DNA of 60,888 bases, filler included, from Stramenopiles sp. TOSAG23-3 (GCA_900128585.1; 15 parts of 15 records of this genome joined end to end with filler, not necessarily neighbours in it); one strand, 5' to 3'. Shown: positions 40,216 through 51,431, counted from the first letter of the whole stretch. Translations and numbers: made by a program. The notes: generated from the sequence alone by a model not told the origin.

Positions 40216-40730
40216 TCGGTGTTACTACCAGCTCGGTCCTTTAAAAAAACGTGTTCAAAGATGTGATCGTTCGATCGATCATACGTTGTACAAATTCTTG
40301 TTCAATCAAAATATCCACATTGCATTGCGTAAATGATGATCTGATTAATGACAATGTCCATATTTTTTAATATTTTTATTTTTTATATTTTATATTTTAT
40401 TATAATAAATAAATAATTATATATTAAATAATATAACAACAACGACAACAACATCACAAGAAGCTTTATAAAATAATAAGTGAAAAAAAGAAACGTTTCA
40501 CCCATATTTTTATTATTATTGTATTCAATATATTATTCAAGAAGAACAGCAGAAAAGAGAACAGAAGAAAAGAAAAATAAAGAAGAAGGTTCTGTTTGTT
40601 GCTGTTGTTTGTTTTCTTCATTTTTTTGTTNNNNNNNNNNNNNNNNNNNNNNNNNNNNNNNNNNNNNNNNNNNNTTAATTAATTAANNNNNNNNNNNNNN
40701 NNNNNNNNNNNNNNNNNNNNNNNNNNNNNN

Positions 40731-41348
40731 ATTTACGAAGGTAGAGGATGGCTGCAAAAATCCAGTGCGCCGAAAGAGCTAGAACACGGGCTCGATAACC
40801 ACAACAAAGCCCTGTGGCAAGCATGCACCCGGGGGGACATGCACTGTGTGCGATGGGCTTTGGTCGAGAAAAAATTGCTAATATGGAAAAGGAGTGATTT
40901 AGGCCTCCGCAAATTGGGTGGTATGACCGGTTCGGGAACTTGGCAAGTGGTGCAATGCGACGCCCCCATCGAGGACCCAGACAGGTCCGTAAATGCCCGC
41001 CACTACAACTCCAACTTTCAGTGGGCGGAAGGCTGTAGCGCAGCCCACCAAGCGGCGCAAAATAAGTTCCACCCGCAATTAGATATTATGAATTTGCTCG
41101 CGGAACATGGGTGGGATTTGGAGTTAAAAAATGATTATGGCATGACGCCGAAAGCTATATATCATGAAGTAGAGTGGCACAAAGTTGATGCCCACCAGAA
41201 AACGTCCAAGCGCCAGTTTGCAAACAATTCACTACTAGGTAGCCCTGTAGGAGCAAGAATAAACTTGCCCGGGTTTACCCAGAACGTTGACAAAAAGATT
41301 GGGCGGCGAAGTGGGTTTTTGAGGAATGAAAATCAGGGTAAGCAGTAA
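40731..41348 (+). CDS. Ankyrin-repeat-containing protein (5'-truncated)
   Basis: LWQACTRGDMHCVRWALV and SAAHQAA..IMNLLAEHGWDLELKNDYGMTP; frame open from the contig edge. Confidence 0.7.
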   Translation: MYEGRGWLQKSSAPKELEHGLDNHNKALWQACTRGDMHCVRWALVEKKLLIWKRSDLGLRKLGGMTGSGTWQVVQCDAPIEDPDRSVNARHYNSNFQWAEGCSAAHQAAQNKFHPQLDIMNLLAEHGWDLELKNDYGMTPKAIYHEVEWHKVDAHQKTSKRQFANNSLLGSPVGARINLPGFTQNVDKKIGRRSGFLRNENQGKQ

Positions 41349-41450
41349 AAAGTTATGTTACAACTAATTCTTATTATTTTTTTCTCTTTTTCAATACATT
41401 GTAGTTTTTTCAAAATCTTTTGAGGGTGCACTTCCAGCGATGTACCGGGA

Positions 41451-41900
41451 ATGGCGAAAGTGTCCGACGAAATCGGTGCCCAAGGTGTTTTGCTGTTGGG
41501 CGATAACGTTTACTCTCGCGGGGTGGAAACCAACACATCGAAGCATTTCCAGGAAACGTTCGAAGAATTTTACCCTGTTGAAGCGTTCAAGAGCCTGCCC
41601 TTTTTCGTCATCGCCGGGAATCACGACCACGCGGGGAACGTGCAGGCCCAGATTAACTACCATGGGTCGGCGCGCTGGCACTTCCCAGAACTGTACTACA
41701 CGCTCCCATTCCAGTTTACGTCTTCAAGCGGTGTCGCGCGTACGGTGGATCTCATCATGATCGACACGGTAGATTTGTGCAGCTTGTGCGAGGAAGAGTA
41801 CGTCGGTTGCCCTTTGCTTGGCGCGGCAGAGGACGATGCACAGTGGCTATGGCTCGAAAAAGAACTGGAAGCCAGCACGGCGGACTTTCTTTGGGTCTAG
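41451..41900 (+). pseudogene. Internal fragment of an ACP5/TRAP-type purple acid phosphatase
   Basis: Has GDNVY and GNHD motifs but lacks the N-terminal GDWG and stops (FLWV*) just before the expected VxGH and GHxH motifs; in-frame TGA at 41421. Confidence 0.75.
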
Positions 41901-41905
41901 TTGTT

Positions 41906-43393
41906 TCAAAACCACCCTTTTTCACCTTTTGATGCACCTCTGCTTTTGGTGCGCCGAAACCGTCTGCTTGCAACCGTGGTTCTGGTCTGTACACTTTCCC
42001 TGGACAGTTTTTCACTTTTTGACCGATTTTTTGTCGACACTTTCCCGTGTCTCTGGTGCAAGTAAGACGTTGCGATGGAATCAAAACTGCTATCGCTCCC
42101 CCCTAATGATGAATCGCTCCCGCTCTCTTGCGCACGTGCCGTTTCTTCCAAAAGTTGCAGTCTCTTTTCCTCTTCTCTGCGCTTCTTCCTTCTTGCCCGC
42201 TTCTCCAGGTATACCTTGATCAAATCCATCAAATGCTCGAACGCATGGTTCTCTTTCTTTTTGTGCTTGTCGATCTTGTCTTTGGCTTCCAACTCAAACT
42301 CTAACTGCAGTTTTAGTCGCATCGCCTGTCGCCGAATCATCCGTTCCGCCGCTAGCTGCTGTTGCTTCACGTCTGCGCATACGCCTTGAAAGCGTATGTT
42401 TAGTGCGTTCAAGTCCCTCTTCCGCTGCTCATCCGTATTCACCGTGTGACTTTCTATTGTAAGGGATTCTCGTTTGGTCGGGCGGAGTACTGGAGCGGTG
42501 TGAATCACTTGATCTTGCTTTACTTTTGCTTTCCATGTATTCCGCGATGGTGGCGAATGGACCGGCTTGCTAATCCTGCGCCTGCCGCTGTAGGCGGGGC
42601 CGAGTATACCCGCTCTCAAATCTTCATAGTCGTCCTCTAATGCAACGATGTATTCCCCCCAATCGCCCTGAAGTCTTTCCATTTGCCTTCTAAAAGCAAG
42701 CTCCAAATTATGCCTTTCATTTGTAAAATACTTTGAAGCCATGACATCTTCGTAATGGGCGGCCTTTGCTTCGAACGTGTCTTCATACAATCCTAGCCGC
42801 TCCATGTGTTCCTCTAAACTGTAGTTCCGGTTTGGCTCATAGTTTTGTTTGGTGACTGCACAGACAGCTTTACTGATCTCTAGCCACTCGCGTTGATGCT
42901 TTTGTTCCAAGGCTTGCCACTTTGACGCGATTCTGTTGTAGGAGACTCTAAAATGTTTCCGCAGTTGCGTTCGAAACATTTTCTCGACCTTGTCGACAAA
43001 GTGCTGGTACAACGCTTTCTTCTTAGAACGTTCCTCTTCCTCTTTCATTAACTCGTTTAACTGGCGCGAAAATTCCATAGGCGTGGGGTTTAGCCCTATG
43101 TTAACTTGCAAAGAATGCTGTTCGCTAATATGCTGCTCTCGCGTTTCTGTCAGTAAGCTTTTCAAATCCTCAATGACGAGCTTATGAGATTCTTTGCTGC
43201 TAAACGTCGGATCAGTTTCAAAAAACGGAAATTTATCTACAGAAAACGCTTCCCTTGGAGTTCCATACGGGCTACCCCATATATTTGCACTTCCCACTCT
43301 CCCAGCGCGCTGATGTGAGAATCCCCGGCTGCTTTCGCTACGACGCTTCCGTCTAATGCCATGGAACGAATCCGCGGTGGTGCCACGCTTCAT
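41906..43393 (-). CDS. Hypothetical coiled-coil protein
   Basis: 495-aa ATG-initiated ORF rich in E/K/Q/R heptads; no recognised domain. Confidence 0.7.
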   Translation of the reverse strand: MKRGTTADSFHGIRRKRRSESSRGFSHQRAGRVGSANIWGSPYGTPREAFSVDKFPFFETDPTFSSKESHKLVIEDLKSLLTETREQHISEQHSLQVNIGLNPTPMEFSRQLNELMKEEEERSKKKALYQHFVDKVEKMFRTQLRKHFRVSYNRIASKWQALEQKHQREWLEISKAVCAVTKQNYEPNRNYSLEEHMERLGLYEDTFEAKAAHYEDVMASKYFTNERHNLELAFRRQMERLQGDWGEYIVALEDDYEDLRAGILGPAYSGRRRISKPVHSPPSRNTWKAKVKQDQVIHTAPVLRPTKRESLTIESHTVNTDEQRKRDLNALNIRFQGVCADVKQQQLAAERMIRRQAMRLKLQLEFELEAKDKIDKHKKKENHAFEHLMDLIKVYLEKRARRKKRREEEKRLQLLEETARAQESGSDSSLGGSDSSFDSIATSYLHQRHGKVSTKNRSKSEKLSRESVQTRTTVASRRFRRTKSRGASKGEKGWF

Positions 43394-43960
43394 GCCGGGC
43401 GGATCGAACCCTGGTCCTTTGTTACCGAGGCGAAGACGGTGTTAGTGGATGTTTATTGGTGAAAATTAGCAAGAAAAAAACGCTTCCCTGTGGACACATC
43501 TCCAACGAAGTCAATCGTTAATCACGAAGTGCAAACACGCAAGGCAATTTCCTTATTATATACTTCTTCAAACAAATATTATTAACCGTTAGATTAAATA
43601 TGTTAACTACTGAATAAAGTATTAAGCTAAATAATAATATTATGTTACTATTATCTATTATAAAACATAACATGTATGACACGTAATGCATTATAATTTT
43701 TTAATTCATCATGGCTGTGCATTGTGCATTGATTATGTACAAAACTGAGGTCATGGGGCATCGATGGTTTACTGTTTTATTTCGCATCCAAATGGTTGTA
43801 TGCGCAACGGGCTGATCGCGTAATTGCATTTGTTTGCTGTCACCTATCCAATTGCGTTTGATTGGGTTTGAAAGGTTGAACAACGAAAGGTTTTGTGCGT
43901 GCGTACCGAAACTCAGCGGGGCTTGCCTGCCCGGGATTACTCCGTGCTCCATAACACAGC

Positions 43961-44686
43961 ATGAGCTATGCCGAGAAAATGAAAGCATTGCGTTTGATAT
44001 CTCGGGCGTATGAAGAGCAAGATCGAAATTCAACGAATGCGATGGCAATCAAACTAAGGGAGCGAAACGCCAGGAAGCGACGGGAAGAAAAGGAGACCGC
44101 CATGATGGAAGCTGAAGACGAACAGTCGTGTGCGGAACGCGACCGGTACCGGAGGAAACTGCAAAAAGCTGCCAATGCGGGTATCGAGAAAAAACGTCAG
44201 GCTAGGCTCATGCGTGAAATTGAAGAGCGCGAAGCCCGGGAACTGGGAGAGCCGACGGATCGAGCGGGAATTGCCCGGGCAAAAGAGCGACGAAGGCTTC
44301 TTGCATTAGACAAGTTGGAAGACATTCGACTGTTGGCGAGAAATGGGGGTGAACAAAACTTCGTGACAGTCCTTGAATATTTGATGCATCGTCCTTTAAA
44401 AGACATAGTAAAAAAGGGGCTTCTCCCAGAATTTGTATCCTGTGCTCGGGCCAAGTGGCTGCGGACTCGGTTTATGTTGGCAAGACTTTTGCAACGGTTG
44501 CTGGTGGAATTGAAACAGTGGGGAGTAGCAAGTGAAAAAACCCAAGCCTCTGATTCAGAAGACTCCTGGGACGATTCTTCAGACGACGAAGAAAAAAAGA
44601 AACCGACCCCTCAGGCACTTGGGAACGTTTTGATTGGTTGGCCGCGACGCACTCTCGCTTGCATTGGCACTGACCACGATGAAGAC
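43961..44686 (+). CDS. Hypothetical charged helical protein (3'-truncated)
   Basis: ATG-initiated ORF running into the spacer; divergent from the 43393 gene. Confidence 0.65.
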
Positions 44687-44786
44687 NNNNNNNNNNNNNN
44701 NNNNNNNNNNNNNNNNNNNNNNNNNNNNNNTTAATTAATTAANNNNNNNNNNNNNNNNNNNNNNNNNNNNNNNNNNNNNNNNNNNN

Positions 44787-46254
44787 TTCCAATAAATGGA
44801 TTCGTCTTTGACTGCGCAGCTCTGTACAAAGCAACTTGGGAATCCGGAATACCATCTGGAACGCCAGTTCGATCTACAACAGGGCGCACACTTGAACGTT
44901 GCTTCTTACCAGTCAACTCTTCGTCGGACCCTTCATCTTCCTCCTCTTCTTCTGATTCCTCCTCTTCCTCGGACTCATCCTCTTCTTCGGACTCTTCCCC
45001 AGACCCTTCTTCCTCTTCTGATTCCTCCTCTTCTGAATCTTCTTCGGCATCTTCGTCTTCCTCCTCCTCTCCAGACTTCCCATAGTCTCCCTCGGAAACT
45101 GCATCTTCGTTCTGTTCATGTTCGACCGTTCCCCTTCCTCTCTTTCTGATTTCCTGGGATCCACCAGCTCCTCGTGCTTTGGCCTTGTCCCTCTGAGGGT
45201 GCGCATATGTGCACCCTTTTCGGGTACATTTTACGTCATATCTGCACACTCCCTTCGTTGGCGGGCTGTCCGACGCATTCCCTTTTGGGTGCAAAAAGTG
45301 GCAGTTTGGCCGAGTGCAATGGGGATGAAACCTACAAACCGCTTTGGAAGGAACATGAGTTTGGGTGTCATTCGCGGCTGCCGTGTCAAATTTACCCTTT
45401 TGCTTTTTGTTTCCACCTTTGCCTCCAAAAACATTAGTACCGAAGGGGGTGCTTGCCCCTCCCCCTCCCGAATTAAACGGGTTTGCACTTTTCCTGTTCC
45501 CGCTCCCGCTTCCACCAAAACCACTACCACCACCTCTGTCAAAACTATCTGGTTTACTACCGGTGGACCCGAAAACACTCTTTTGAACCACAGATTTTTG
45601 GCCAAACACGTTGTTTCCACTTTTGCCGCCAAAGACGTTGTTTCCACTTTTGCCGCCAAAGACGTTGTTGCCACCTTTACCACCAAAGGCATTTTTGCCC
45701 CCACTCCCCAAATTGAAAGCGTTCGATCCACCATCCCCGAACCCTTTCTTTTTCCCTTTGCCGGTTCCAAAAGCGTTGCTCTTGCGTTTACTAAATGCGT
45801 TTCCCTTTGTCCCGCCGAATGTTTGGGATTTTCTACCGCCACCTGGACTAGAAAATGGATTGCCTTGTGAATTGCCTCCGCCCTTTTTTGACTTTATGGA
45901 GGCATTTGAGGAAATCTTTTGTTTTTGCATTTTACCGAACTGGTTATTCTTCAACTTCTCGCGGCCTTTCCCGCTATTGACTTTGAAAGGGTTTTTCTTG
46001 TTGTTTCCCTGCCGCTGGTTGCTTGCCCCAAAAGGATTGTTAGACTTTTTTGACGTAGCCTTATTGCCTTTGTTGGCAAAAGCGTTACCTCCCCCACCCC
46101 CAAAAGCATTACTCCCCCCACCCCCAAAAGCATTACTCCCCCCACCCCCAAAAGCGTTAACTCCCCCACCTCCAAATGCGGGAACAAATGGCTTAGCTGC
46201 GGGGTTAAATTTTCCAAACCCCCCACCGCCTCCTGAACGAAACACGTTCGACAT
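44787..46254 (-). CDS. PAM2 + FG-repeat + tandem CCCH zinc-finger protein (nucleoporin-like or mRNA-export factor); 3'-truncated
   Basis: KFNPAAKPFVP; many NAFG/NPF/NVFG repeats; CRFHPHCTRPNCHFLH and CRYDVKCTRKGCTYAH; acidic tract. Confidence 0.8.
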
Positions 46255-46911
46255 GCCCGTTCTATAAACAACAGCGTCCAACCAGGTTACAAAAATGCCA
46301 GCCTTTACTTTTTAACAAAAAAAAATGGGTTGGGAACGAACAGCTATCTTATTTAATCAATCATACCCGCAATCATGCATTGAAGAAGTATTGTGATCAT
46401 TCGTTCGCATTCTTTCGTTGTACAAGTATGTGTCGGTTGGGAAGGAGGTAAATTGTACTTCGGTATTAATATATTAATATTTATATCATCTTCTCTTTCT
46501 TCATCAAAAAAAAAACACACCGCCGCACATTCATTCAAAAAAAAGAAGAAGAAGAAAAGAAGAGAGAAGAAAAAAAAGAAGAAGAAGAAAAAAAAGCTTC
46601 TTCTCTCTAGTTATTAGTTATATTATTTCGTACCGTACAAATAGGGATGTGTCGAGGGGATCGGGTAGACTACGAGGTGCCTTGTTATTATATTAATTAC
46701 CAAATAGCACCGTCAAAATTTAAAAATTTATTACTGTATCATCTCTTCCATCTTCTTCGGCCCTAAAAAAACCAAAAAAAATATGTGAATGTAAAAACAA
46801 GAAAATTGACTGTTATTTAATATGAATGTAAGAACAAAAAAAATTACTTTGTCTGAACACGAGCAGTATATATGGAGAAAAAAAAACTAATGATATAGCA
46901 CCTATCCCAAT

Positions 46912-48741
46912 TTATCGTCCCCAGCCGTACTTTTCATACTCGCCCAAAAAATTACCACATGGTGCGAAAGAGAAGAACACATCATACGAACAATTTTGTG
47001 TGTAACAGCCCGAATCGCTTTTCGGTCTTGCATTGGGGTCGAATGTTTTTGTATACTGATAAGTGTAGTCATTATCGTCACACCTACGATTATATCTATC
47101 ATCCAAGGTACAGTCGTTAGCGCAGAAGGAGGATGCGTCGTTAGCAAATTCGCGAAGAAACCGATTCTGGGGTCTAGTCATGCCACTAACTTGCTCTGTG
47201 TTATTCCAAGCATAAAACCGCTGCAACATTTTCATATTCCCAAGATCAAACGGTATATGACCAATACGATTGTTGTGTATTCTCAAATCCATCATACTTT
47301 TCATTTCCCCTATACCCTCGGGAAGAGAAGTGAGCTGATTGTTGAAGGCCCAAAAGTGCGTGGTCTTTTTCACATTGATGAGACTCTCGGGTAAATGCGT
47401 TAGCTGGTTGTGGATGCAAACAAACTGTAACAAGTTTTGTAATTCTCCAATACTCTCTGGCAATGCTTTTAATTTGTTGCCTACGATTCTCAAAACAATT
47501 AGCTTTTTGTGGTCTTTTCCAAACGATTCTGGAAGCATTTTCAGCTCTCCGTGGTAAATTCCCAGCAAATTTAAGGACTTCAGTTTTCCAAACGAATCAG
47601 GTAACGATTCTTGTGTGTAATTGACCATCTGAAGCACAGAGCAATCACAGTTAGGAACAAATACATTCTGGCAGAAGGGAACTTGTATTCGGCACCCTTT
47701 CCAAGTCTGTTCGCTGATGGTATTTGCACAGTATTCATCTGAGGGCCGTGTGGCAAGTTGAACACATATAACACTGACAAAGAATAACAGAAACACAATA
47801 TTGAGCACGATGAAACTATTCCGAAGCCAAAGTGGGAAATGTTTCAACTGTTCCACAAATGCAAGTTTGTTTTTCGACAGTTTCAAAATACTGGATCGCC
47901 TATGAAACGACTGTCCTCGTGTTGTTGATTGCCTTTTGCTCTCGGTCGTATCTTGTATCCGTTGAATATCAAGGGAATAATAATCTTCCCACACGTCATT
48001 TAATTTCAGCAGAGTGGAAACAACAGGGAAGGCCACTATGAGGATCAGTTTTTCCAACTCAACAGGTGCGTCATATGGTAGGAAATGTACATATATTAGG
48101 GGGAACGCGACGCAAAACAGGTCAGTGAAAATATCCAATAATAGCAACCTGTCACGGACCTCTTGCGACTCCATATGAAACGTAGCCCAAATATTTATTG
48201 CTAATTCAACACTAAGAACGAGGCACACAATCACTGAAATTTGTACGGGCATAATGCACGTGTAATAAACATTGAGCGAATAAATTTGCTGAATATGTTC
48301 AAATGCTTCTGCGAAGTACATTTTTGAGATGTAATATTTTCCACTGACGTCAAAGATCGAGCTGTAAAATCTCGTTGCAGTCTTCCATTTTCTATCCAGG
48401 TTACTAGGACCTTGTTCGTCGCGCTCAATGTTTTCTTTCATGTCTCTTTTGCGGCCCAGATAAAAGGGTACAAAACCCAACATTACTGGCAAGCCAACAC
48501 AAACTACAATGGTTCGAATTGTTAATTGATAGATATCCCAAAACGAAACAACTTCTTCCATAAGCAGGCAAATGCCAACCAAGTGGGCCACCGCAGTTGT
48601 TGCTCTTAACGCAAACTCATCATCACCGGAACCAAAGACTGCTGGCTTAATCCTCAAATACAGTGCTATACTTAATGAAGATAATATAAAAATTATCCGC
48701 CAAATAACTTCACGACTTAGCAGAAGTACAAAAAAAGTGTT
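46912..48741 (-). CDS. Multi-TM protein with C-terminal LRRs and an LNR(Notch)-like Cys module (5'-truncated)
   Basis: Several TM helices; LRRs NKLKALPESIGELQNL, NQLTHLPESL and NQLTSLPEGIGEM; CANDC..RCDD..CYTQNCSYD; frame open to the contig edge. Confidence 0.8.
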   Translation of the reverse strand, partial: NTFFVLLLSREVIWRIIFILSSLSIALYLRIKPAVFGSGDDEFALRATTAVAHLVGICLLMEEVVSFWDIYQLTIRTIVVCVGLPVMLGFVPFYLGRKRDMKENIERDEQGPSNLDRKWKTATRFYSSIFDVSGKYYISKMYFAEAFEHIQQIYSLNVYYTCIMPVQISVIVCLVLSVELAINIWATFHMESQEVRDRLLLLDIFTDLFCVAFPLIYVHFLPYDAPVELEKLILIVAFPVVSTLLKLNDVWEDYYSLDIQRIQDTTESKRQSTTRGQSFHRRSSILKLSKNKLAFVEQLKHFPLWLRNSFIVLNIVFLLFFVSVICVQLATRPSDEYCANTISEQTWKGCRIQVPFCQNVFVPNCDCSVLQMVNYTQESLPDSFGKLKSLNLLGIYHGELKMLPESFGKDHKKLIVLRIVGNKLKALPESIGELQNLLQFVCIHNQLTHLPESLINVKKTTHFWAFNNQLTSLPEGIGEMKSMMDLRIHNNRIGHIPFDLGNMKMLQRFYAWNNTEQVSGMTRPQNRFLREFANDASSFCANDCTLDDRYNRRCDDNDYTYQYTKTFDPNARPKSDSGCYTQNCSYDVFFSFAPCGNFLGEYEKYGWGR

Positions 48742-48950
48742 NNNNNNNNNNNNNNNNNNNNNNNNNNNNNNNNNNNNNNNNNNNNTTAATTAATTAANNN
48801 NNNNNNNNNNNNNNNNNNNNNNNNNNNNNNNNNNNNNNNNNCTTTCCTGCGGCTTTTTGTATTTAAGGGCGTTCCTTCCTTCCTTCTTTCCTTCCTTCTT
48901 TCCTTCCTTCTCCCTTCTTCTTGCTTGCACCGAAACATACAGTGGATGGA

Positions 48951-50975
48951 ATGAGCTTGAACGGGGAAAGTGACACTCATTCTATTATTCAAAAAAACAA
49001 CCATCCCCGTCAGTCCCGGAACCGAAACTCGTGGCAAGAGCGCGTCGTAGAACTCTCTTCCAAGGCGTTGGGGATCGATGAGATCGAGGCGGACGTTGAG
49101 AGCCAGGGTGGTGGTGCCGGTGGTGGGCACAGGGGAACGGTTACCTGCGTTCAAATTTTGAAACACAAGCACGAGATTTGGTTCGAAAAGAACAGTGGCA
49201 ACCCAATATGGAAGTTAATTTTACACATCACGCTCCTGGTCATGGTGTTCGTGTACGCGACCGACCGAAAGGAGCAGGGAACGAAGTACTCGTTTTACCT
49301 CACCAAGGCCGTGAAGGAGAAGCTCTTGGAGGGCGGGGGCTTCGAGGACGTACGATACGGGGAGGACATTTGGGCGTTCCTAGAGGGCCCGTTTGCCGAC
49401 GGCATGATCCAAGGGTGCTCCAACGCAACGTCGCTTGCGTGCCACGCAAAGTTGTCCGACAGTCTGCTGGTAGTCGACGACTTTTTGTTCACCCAAGTCA
49501 TGGTGAAGCCGACCAAGGCGGGCCAGCCGGGCTGCGTGGTCCCGCTCGCGCTGAACGCGAACTTGCGGCCGCTGGTGAAGGAATGCTTTTTGGATTTCGA
49601 AGAGGACATGGTGGAAACCCGTGCTTGGATAAACACGACCGGGCCCGTGGATGGCGCCGTGGCAGATTGCTTCAAGGCGGACGAAACTCGCCGGGAGAGC
49701 ACGTACCATGGGTTCTTCCACCTCTCGTACGGGACGGAGGGGACGTACACGTGCTCCCAGTCCACCCTCGGGCCTTCGTTCAAGCAGAACATAGCGCTCC
49801 TGAAGAAGAACGGTTATTTGAACAAGGCAACCCGTGTCTTTTACATAGACTTCGTGCTCTTTTCGCTCAGCCTTCAGTCGTACATAAGCGTGCAGCTGTC
49901 CTTTGAGCACCTCCCGAGCGGGGACATCTACCCGTACTATACCACCAACGTGATGGGCCTCCTGCACCCGACGGAAGAGGGGTTGGAGAAGCGGTACTCG
50001 GAGCGCATTCCCGTGATCCTTGCGGTTTGCTTCCAGGTGTACTACCTCTTGGTGCAATGGTTCTCCGCGGGCATGGTCCCGTGCTTGAAGCGGTTCGTCA
50101 CCCTTCGCTGGCCGTTTAAAATAACCGCCGATGCGATGCTCATCGTCCCGTTCGCCGTAGTCTGGTATTGCGAAATTTACATCGATTACTTGGTGAAAGA
50201 GGCAGAGCCGTTGTTTCGCGACCGAACGTATACGGACGCAGAGAAGCGCAACGTGTTCTCCAAGGTCGCGACCTGCGAGGCGATCGTTTGTTGGTCCCTC
50301 AGCATAATCTGCTGCATGCTTACGCTGAAAACCTTTCGGTATTTGAGGATGAGCAAGAGCCTGAGCATCATCATGCTGTCGCTGGAACGGGCCTGGACCC
50401 AGTCGGTGTTCGTTTTGTTTTCGACGCTGATTGTCATCGTTGGGTACAGCTTCTCGTTCTACCTCGCGTTCGGTTCCACCATTTCTGAGTTTCGGACGTT
50501 GAAGGAGTCGCTGCTGACGTGCGTCAGCAGCCTGTTTGTAGAAGTCGACCTTCGGGACGAGATGTGGAAAGCAAACAGGGTCCTTGGGCCGCTGCTGTTG
50601 TTGACGTACATGTTTTTCGTGTCCTTCATCGTTCTGAGTCTGTTCCTCGCGGTCATCGAGGCCGGGTTCGAGGAAGCCAGCGAAGACTCGAAGAAAGAGC
50701 ACGGCGGGGGAATGGGAAATGACCCCATCATCATGGGATTGTTGCACCAGCTCCACCGGGGCCAGCAAACCATTGCTGGCGTACAGACGACCATGAAGAA
50801 TGGTGTGACTGGCGCAAGCGTGCGGCACTTTGCACGGGGCCTGACGAACGTGAAACATGCGACAGAGGCGTTCCAAACGCAAAAAAAGGGGTTGGGCCGA
50901 ACAGGGTCGGACGGTGGCGCGGCCAAGGCGACGCCGGAACCGCCCTCCCCCGCAAATAAATTAAGTAAAAATTGA
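48951..50975 (+). CDS. Polycystin-2 (TRPP/PKD2-like) cation channel
   Basis: TOP-domain end GYLNKATRVFYIDF..LSFEHLPSG; S4 LKTFRYLR; pore/S6 region FGSTISEFRTL..NRVLGP..LSLFLAVI. Confidence 0.88.
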   Translation: MSLNGESDTHSIIQKNNHPRQSRNRNSWQERVVELSSKALGIDEIEADVESQGGGAGGGHRGTVTCVQILKHKHEIWFEKNSGNPIWKLILHITLLVMVFVYATDRKEQGTKYSFYLTKAVKEKLLEGGGFEDVRYGEDIWAFLEGPFADGMIQGCSNATSLACHAKLSDSLLVVDDFLFTQVMVKPTKAGQPGCVVPLALNANLRPLVKECFLDFEEDMVETRAWINTTGPVDGAVADCFKADETRRESTYHGFFHLSYGTEGTYTCSQSTLGPSFKQNIALLKKNGYLNKATRVFYIDFVLFSLSLQSYISVQLSFEHLPSGDIYPYYTTNVMGLLHPTEEGLEKRYSERIPVILAVCFQVYYLLVQWFSAGMVPCLKRFVTLRWPFKITADAMLIVPFAVVWYCEIYIDYLVKEAEPLFRDRTYTDAEKRNVFSKVATCEAIVCWSLSIICCMLTLKTFRYLRMSKSLSIIMLSLERAWTQSVFVLFSTLIVIVGYSFSFYLAFGSTISEFRTLKESLLTCVSSLFVEVDLRDEMWKANRVLGPLLLLTYMFFVSFIVLSLFLAVIEAGFEEASEDSKKEHGGGMGNDPIIMGLLHQLHRGQQTIAGVQTTMKNGVTGASVRHFARGLTNVKHATEAFQTQKKGLGRTGSDGGAAKATPEPPSPANKLSKN

Positions 50976-51277
50976 GAGAAAAAGAGTAAAATGGTGTTGA
51001 AAAAATAGAACTAAAACCAACAACCAAAACACGGCCGTTTTCCCCTTTTAAAAACAAGAAAATTGGCTGTTATATTTTTAAGTGTAATTAAAATTAATGT
51101 GCACTGCGAACTGAACTCTAGATATTTACATAAAAAATCAAATTAAAAAATCGAGATAGGATTAGTACTGGAATAAAACAAAAGGGGGAAAAGAGGAGGA
51201 AAGATCAAAAAGCCAAATTAAAATTAAAAATTAAAAATATACATTCGTATACTGAAGAGTAAAGGAGGGTATTAATA

Positions 51278-51431
51278 TATAATTGATTACTACTATAAAA
51301 TCAAACACCGTCAACCACACACCCAATAGATAATAGATTTCAGTTCGATTAATTAGATTTTAAGTGATAAAGGTATAATTGATTACTACTATATAAAATC
51401 AAACACACCAACAATAGATTTCAGTTCGATT
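51278..51431. repeat. Imperfect intergenic tandem duplication
   Basis: TATAATTGATTACTACTATA..AAATCAAACAC..AATAGATTTCAGTTCGATT at 51278-51350 and 51374-51431. Confidence 0.8.

Noticed and set aside
43394-43445. tRNA-like GGTTCGATCC (box B) on the minus strand
   Set aside because: The T-stem does not pair properly, and no acceptor stem or D-arm could be built.
49380-50882. 500-aa antisense ORF over the polycystin gene (and similar shadow ORFs over STT3, GH27 and others)
   Set aside because: No recognisable motifs; expected by-product of GC3-rich codon usage.
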